The notes beneath the pieces were generated by a model. That model was given only the letters and a program-made list of their open reading frames with translations. It did no database searches and was not told where the DNA came from. From Bacteroidia bacterium (GTDB taxonomy: Bacteria > Bacteroidota > Bacteroidia > NS11-12g > UBA955), in NCBI GenBank assembly GCA_023653095.1, contig JAMNXP010000004.1, positions 64,772 to 128,771 of the forward strand: a stretch of DNA of 64,000 nt, read 5' to 3'. The position numbers and the translations under genes were made by a program. Positions 59,796 through 64,000 of the stretch are shown here, piece by piece. Numbering within the stretch: position 1 is the first letter of the stretch; the number at the start of each line of letters is the position of its first letter.

Positions 59796-60794
59796 ATGTC
59801 ACTCTCTTACCTGCAGCTCAGAGAATACCTCGAAAGGCAAATGAAGATGAGCCACATCTATCAGCCAGTAATGATAAGAAGGTTGCTGTTAGATGGGGGT
59901 GTTTCGGAGGACAAATCTATTGCCGCTGACCTCTCTGCAAAAGATCCTAGCCAAATTGACTATTACACAGAGCGCGTCAATAACATGGTGGGGAAAGTTC
60001 TACGAAAAAATGGAGTTGTAACTAAAGAGAAAAATCTATACCTACTTGAAAAAGTTACCGAATTATCATCCCAAGAAATCAATGAATTGGTAGAACTTTG
60101 CGATAACAAGATCAATCAATACCTAGAAAAGCGAAACCTCGACATTTGGGAGCATCGCAACCGCACCCGCAGACCCATTTCTGGAGATGTTATTCATCAG
60201 GTATTGGAACGCGCAAAAGGCCGATGCGAACTTTGTGGCATCAAAAAGGAAATTAAACACTTGGAAGTTGATCATATTGTTCCCAAAAGTTTGGGTGGCG
60301 TTGACTCCATCCACAATTACCAAGCACTTTGTTACAGCTGCAACTCCCGAAAAGGCAACCGCTACTCCACTGACTACCGCACACTTGGTCAAATCTTCGA
60401 AGAACGACAACATTATTGTTTATTCTGTGGGACATCAAACGCCGAATTTTCCTCCCGCATTATACATTCTAACCATCTTGCTGTTTGTATTGAAGATGCT
60501 TTTCCGGTTACCGACGGACATAGCCTTATTATCCCTAAAAGGCATTTTGCCAACTACTACAATATAGAATCGGCCGAACTCAGCGCCACACATGAACTAA
60601 TAAAGTTGAGACAAAAAGAACTCATTAAAAAAGACTCAAGCATCACAGGTTTCAACATGGGTATAAACCAAGGAATTGACGCAGGACAAACCATTTTTCA
60701 TTGTCACATTCACCTCATTCCACGCCGCCAAAACGACGTTCCAGCACCCCGCGGAGGCGTCAGAAATATCATTCCAAATAAAGGAAACTATTGA
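59796..60794 (+). CDS. three-part fusion: helical (winged-helix-like) N-domain + HNH nuclease + HIT-family hydrolase
   Basis: HNH/zinc motif CELCG...EVDHIVPKSLGG...NYQALCYSCNSRKGN. HIT domain LIIPKRH...GFNMGINQGIDAGQTIFHCHIHLIPR. N-terminal 125 aa unassigned (SHIYQPVMIRRLLLDGG). Confidence 0.85.
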   Translation: MSLSYLQLREYLERQMKMSHIYQPVMIRRLLLDGGVSEDKSIAADLSAKDPSQIDYYTERVNNMVGKVLRKNGVVTKEKNLYLLEKVTELSSQEINELVELCDNKINQYLEKRNLDIWEHRNRTRRPISGDVIHQVLERAKGRCELCGIKKEIKHLEVDHIVPKSLGGVDSIHNYQALCYSCNSRKGNRYSTDYRTLGQIFEERQHYCLFCGTSNAEFSSRIIHSNHLAVCIEDAFPVTDGHSLIIPKRHFANYYNIESAELSATHELIKLRQKELIKKDSSITGFNMGINQGIDAGQTIFHCHIHLIPRRQNDVPAPRGGVRNIIPNKGNY

Positions 60795-60835
60795 AAATAC
60801 ACATCTATTTAATATACAATCATTTAACTAGGTCG

Positions 60836-60893
60836 TTTGTAACAAAGCGAACCCAATTTCTTCCATTTTTTGTAACAAAGCGAACCCAATTTC
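60836..60893. repeat. 25-bp perfect direct repeat, two copies, 33-bp period
   Basis: TTTGTAACAAAGCGAACCCAATTTC at 60836-60860 and 60869-60893, separated by 8 nt. Each copy contains the palindrome TTGTAACAA. Confidence 0.9.
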
Positions 60894-60996
60894 GGTGATC
60901 GGTGATCATTCGTCAGTGGTCAGCTCTAAACTCTGAATTCTAAACTCGCTGCTCTCCCCTCCCATCCAAAGACCAAGGACTAAAACCCTAAAACCT
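60894..60996. repeat. composite heptanucleotide tandem-repeat element, locus E (short)
   Basis: CGGTGAT x2, then CGTCAGTGGTCAGC, six TCTNNNC units (60925-60966: TCTAAAC TCTGAAT TCTAAAC TCGCTGC TCTCCCC TCCCATC), then AAAGACC AAGGACT AAAACCC TAAAACC running into the stop and C-terminus of the next gene. Confidence 0.9.
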
Positions 60997-61570
60997 CATA
61001 AGCCACTTCGTTGCGCCTATTGACCACATCCCAAGGCGCATTGTAACCCATGTAAAGAAGGGAACCCTTGGTGAAAATGTTGTTTTCTTGGAGCACACGT
61101 TTGAGTTCTTGGGCGTATTTGGAGATTTTTTCTTCGGAAGTGAATCCCCCGAAACGCAAAACTGCCAAGGTCATGGGGTTTTGAGCCACCAACGATACCG
61201 CGCTAGAATTGGGCGCTGGAAGATCTGACATTTGATATTGACTGGGCATGACGAACGACATTGACGCGTCAGAGTCAGAGATATTCATAATAACGGGAGA
61301 GGTCATGGCAATCTTTTGTTGCTGTTGGTTTCCGCCGAAAATGTAGCCCGCTACCGTGCTAAATCCGTTGTTACCATTCGAATCATAACGCTTTCCACCG
61401 AGTTTGGTTTGGGCCAAAATCAAGTTGGGATACTGCCTAATTTCTACCTCCCCTAGGGTTTTAACAATTTGATATTTAGGCGTTTCGATGTCTTTAAATT
61501 TAAAAGAGTAAAACAACAAAACGGCTCCCACAATCACGATGGGCACGGCAATCCAAACGACGATTTTCAT
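60980..61570 (-). CDS. SOUL heme-binding family protein with N-terminal membrane anchor
   Basis: After the TM helix: ETPKYQIVKTLGEVEIRQYP...FSTVAGYIFGGN...MTSPV...GYNAPW, the SOUL/HBP pattern. Start at ATG 61570; the longer ORF overlaps the tRNA. Confidence 0.75.
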   Translation of the reverse strand: MKIVVWIAVPIVIVGAVLLFYSFKFKDIETPKYQIVKTLGEVEIRQYPNLILAQTKLGGKRYDSNGNNGFSTVAGYIFGGNQQQQKIAMTSPVIMNISDSDASMSFVMPSQYQMSDLPAPNSSAVSLVAQNPMTLAVLRFGGFTSEEKISKYAQELKRVLQENNIFTKGSLLYMGYNAPWDVVNRRNEVAYEVLGF

Positions 61571-61607
61571 TGATAATGAAACAATTAAAGTCGAGAAAGG
61601 TTCAAAT

Positions 61608-61630
61608 AAAGCCTCGCAATGCGAGGCTTT
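61608..61630 (-). terminator. terminator hairpin after tRNA-Phe
   Basis: AAAGCCTCGCA-loop-GCGAGGCTTT, followed on the minus strand by ATTTG.. T-rich sequence. Begins 5 nt after the tRNA 3' end. Confidence 0.65.
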
Positions 61631-61634
61631 ATAG

Positions 61635-61707
61635 TGGTATCGGGCGGAATCGAACCGTCGACACAAGGATTTTCAGTCCTTTGCTCTACCAACTGAGCTA
61701 CGATACC
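61635..61707 (-). tRNA. tRNA-Phe (anticodon GAA)
   Basis: Reverse complement: GGTATCGTAGCTCAGTTGGTAGAGCAAAGGACTGAAAATCCTTGTGTCGACGGTTCGATTCCGCCCGATACCA. Perfect 7-bp acceptor stem, D-loop AGTTGGTA, anticodon loop CTGAAAA, T-loop TTCGATT. One A-C mismatch in the T stem. CCA not encoded. Confidence 0.95.
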
Positions 61708-61718
61708 GAACGGGACTG

Positions 61719-61749
61719 CAAAAATAGACTTTTTTCAGACAATTGCAAA
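61719..61749 (-). promoter_or_regulatory. Bacteroidota sigma-A promoter for tRNA-Phe (-33 TTG / -7 TATTTTTG)
   Basis: The minus strand reads TTTTG-N19-TATTTTTG, ending 11 nt upstream of tRNA base 1. Matches the TTG-N19-TAnnTTTG consensus. Confidence 0.65.
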
Positions 61750-61929
61750 AACTTTTAAAAAAAATAATTCCAAAAAACTTGAACTCGAGGTCATAATTGT
61801 ATTCTTTACAAAAATTATGTTCATTGTTATGCTATGTTATGTAAAATTAAAAAAATGAGTGATTGATCTGTTTGAGTTTTCAAATTTGGTATTACTTTTG
61901 CTTCATCAAAAATTGTATCAAAAACAAAC

Positions 61930-64000
61930 ATGATAAAATCTTTAAAAACTTTATTCGCGATGTGCTCTTCAAAATCTCTTCTGACAATAGCAATCGCACT
62001 AATAACCAATACACTAACTGCTCAGTCCCCACAAATTACTGGAATATCAGCAACTGGAGCAATTGTTGTTAGTACTGGCAGCACTTATGCCATTACCTGG
62101 ACAGCAATAGCTGGTTCAAATGCGGGAAACAAAGAAATCACCCTTACGCTTTCCAACATGGGTACAAATGACCAGATTTGGTTTGCGGATACTAGTTCAC
62201 AATCAACTTGGGAGTTGCAGTACGGTAGTGTACAGTCAAATGCTTGGAAAGAATTCTGTCCAGGAAATTCTGGCCCAGGTCAACCACAAGCTTTCAAGCC
62301 CGGAAACGGTGCAACAACGGCTAAAGTTTTCATCAGAAACTCATTAAATTCCACAGGTACATATAATAACTTGATAACATTCGGTTTTGGCACAGGATGT
62401 GGAAGTTTTACAACGTCTATTACCATACAAGCCACAGTAAATATTGTTAATGCTAATTCTGGAATTTACACCTGGAGTGAACCACCAACAGGTGTTGATA
62501 GTTCCTACAAAATAGCAGCTAACTGGACTCCTACAAGAACAACACCAAAGTCTTCTGACGTTTTGGTGGTAGATTTAGCACAAGGTTCAAACCGTAACAC
62601 CACCATTTATATGGACGGTGTAAATGATTCTATTTCACAATTCATTATCTATCCGTATAATAATGTAACCTTTAAATGTTCCACATCTACTAACTCGGGT
62701 AATTGGTATGTTGGTCCTAAAACAAATCAACTAAGTGATAATGAGTTTCGATTAGACTCACTGGCAGGCATGATTTACAACGGAGGTACCTTGAACTTGA
62801 ACCTCTTGAATAACAATCAAGCTCTGTTTAAAAGCAATTTGACCGTTTACTCCGGAACCTTGAATTTCAACGGACAAGGAACCCATACTTTCCATAAAGA
62901 CATTGCAATTCCAGGTGGAACACTCAAATTCCATCCTGTTACAGGGACAAACACACTGTACTTAAAAGGCACAAATACCAAACTTACAGGCTCAGGCGGT
63001 ACGTTATATATTGATTCATTGATGAATGTAGTCATCGGAAATGGCGCTACTTCCACCTATACCTTGGAAAGAACATTACCCATCATTTCGAATCTAACTT
63101 TAAGAGCGAATACCACCGTTGCATCCAACTCGCCTGCTAACTACACTACATCTTCAACAGTTAATGCCTTTAATCCACATTTACAACTTAAAGCAACTCC
63201 TAAGGCAAATTCAACCGCACACGGTCAAGTGACTGAAATACCTTCGACTTCCTCAATTACTGGAGGAGTGTTATTTGAAATATTCAACAATAAGCAACGT
63301 GCTTATCGTGCATTAGGTTTGCCGTTATCGAATGGTGTAATTATTCCTCAATTTACCGACGATATAGATGTAACAGGCAGCTATTCAGGCAATAATGCCG
63401 ATGAATTTACAACTTCTTGTAGTTGGTGTACACATTCTATTTTTTCATGGAATGAAACTACATCTGGTTGGACACCATATGCTTCTGCGAACAGTGTTAC
63501 AAATATTCCACACGGGTCAGGTACATTGATATTCTTCAGAGGTGCTAAGGGCAATGGCTTGGGCGACACTACCGTTGTTGCAAACGAACAAATTTTAGAC
63601 TTCAAAGGAAATCTCGCACAAGGTAGCTACAATTTCTCATTGGTTAATAACGGCACAGGTTCTCTTAAAGGCTACAATTTAATTGGAAACCCTTATCCAT
63701 GTACTATAGATCTTAGAAACGTTTACGAGAGCAATAAAAATACTTTATTGCCAAGATTTTATCTATATGATGCGGTTTCTCGTAAATACAATACATGGGA
63801 TAGTGTGGGCAACAATGGAAACGCACCCACAAGACAAGGGACTAGTAAATTTGAAAACGGGGCTAGCAGAAATACTTCAAAATTGCTAGCTGCTGGTGGA
63901 GCGGCTTTCTTTATATTAGACCCAAATGGCAGTTCTGCGACATTAACATTTAATGAAAATCATAAGTTTGTAGGGGCTCATTCATCTACAAAACACTTTT
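61930..64000 (+). CDS. large secreted Asn/Thr/Ser/Gly-rich surface protein, 3' end outside window
   Basis: ATG at 61930 followed by signal peptide MIKSLKTLFAMCSSKSLLTIAIALITNTLTAQ. I translated frame 1 by hand to base 64000 and found no stop. Absent from the ORF track, presumably because it is unterminated. Confidence 0.7.
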   Translation, partial: MIKSLKTLFAMCSSKSLLTIAIALITNTLTAQSPQITGISATGAIVVSTGSTYAITWTAIAGSNAGNKEITLTLSNMGTNDQIWFADTSSQSTWELQYGSVQSNAWKEFCPGNSGPGQPQAFKPGNGATTAKVFIRNSLNSTGTYNNLITFGFGTGCGSFTTSITIQATVNIVNANSGIYTWSEPPTGVDSSYKIAANWTPTRTTPKSSDVLVVDLAQGSNRNTTIYMDGVNDSISQFIIYPYNNVTFKCSTSTNSGNWYVGPKTNQLSDNEFRLDSLAGMIYNGGTLNLNLLNNNQALFKSNLTVYSGTLNFNGQGTHTFHKDIAIPGGTLKFHPVTGTNTLYLKGTNTKLTGSGGTLYIDSLMNVVIGNGATSTYTLERTLPIISNLTLRANTTVASNSPANYTTSSTVNAFNPHLQLKATPKANSTAHGQVTEIPSTSSITGGVLFEIFNNKQRAYRALGLPLSNGVIIPQFTDDIDVTGSYSGNNADEFTTSCSWCTHSIFSWNETTSGWTPYASANSVTNIPHGSGTLIFFRGAKGNGLGDTTVVANEQILDFKGNLAQGSYNFSLVNNGTGSLKGYNLIGNPYPCTIDLRNVYESNKNTLLPRFYLYDAVSRKYNTWDSVGNNGNAPTRQGTSKFENGASRNTSKLLAAGGAAFFILDPNGSSATLTFNENHKFVGAHSSTKHF

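Noticed and set aside
60980-61666. Full 228-aa version of the SOUL-family ORF
   Set aside because: The first 32 codons run through the tRNA-Phe terminator hairpin and into the tRNA gene itself. The internal ATG at 61570 gives a normal N-terminal membrane anchor.
56600-61750. Calling the accessory block an integrative element inserted at tRNA-Phe
   Set aside because: No integrase, transposase or recombinase ORF is present. By eye there is no duplicated copy of the tRNA 3' half at the far border. A core-looking SOUL gene separates the tRNA from the cassette. Only the flanking heptamer-element copies are reported.

Overview
This is a chromosomal segment of a Bacteroidota genome. The taxon is inferred from a SusC/SusD pair, T9SS C-terminal sorting domains, an XrtF-type exosortase, a 287-aa primary sigma factor and a TTG-N19-TAnnTTTG promoter. 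About 85% of the window is tightly packed core and envelope genes: feoAB, rpoD, a roughly 1500-aa PKD-repeat T9SS adhesin, mnmA, adk, an ECF sigma/anti-sigma pair, menB, an M48 peptidase, dnaJ-grpE, ribE, sdhCAB, a MATE pump, a pseudouridine synthase, and many small outer-membrane beta-barrel proteins. The 36.2-52.1 kb stretch reads as one phosphorus-scavenging block. It holds a phosphonatase-like HAD hydrolase, a transporter, a FAD oxidoreductase and a PhnZ-like HD protein, then SusD/SusC, a TonB-dependent receptor and two tandem beta-propeller/phosphoesterase paralogs. The 53.2-55.6 kb stretch is a four-gene XrtF exosortase operon. The accessory part is 56.6-61.0 kb. It contains a GC-rich orphan ORF, an AT-rich spacer with phased short repeats, an overlapping C5-methyltransferase/HpaII-family endonuclease pair, and a divergently transcribed fusion protein (helical N-domain + HNH nuclease + HIT hydrolase) that I cannot assign to a characterised system. 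This block is bracketed by two directly oriented copies of a repeat element and lies about 0.6 kb from tRNA-Phe. The most unusual sequence-level signal is a family of five intergenic composite arrays of 7-nt tandem repeats (TCAGCNN, AARGACC, TCTAAAC, CCGACAG/CCGACCA types). Some carry a conserved core of GAA-triloop mini-hairpins, and nearly all sit directly against gene stop codons. They resemble cyanobacterial STRR heptamer repeats. All functional calls rest on motif recognition by eye; no database search was run.
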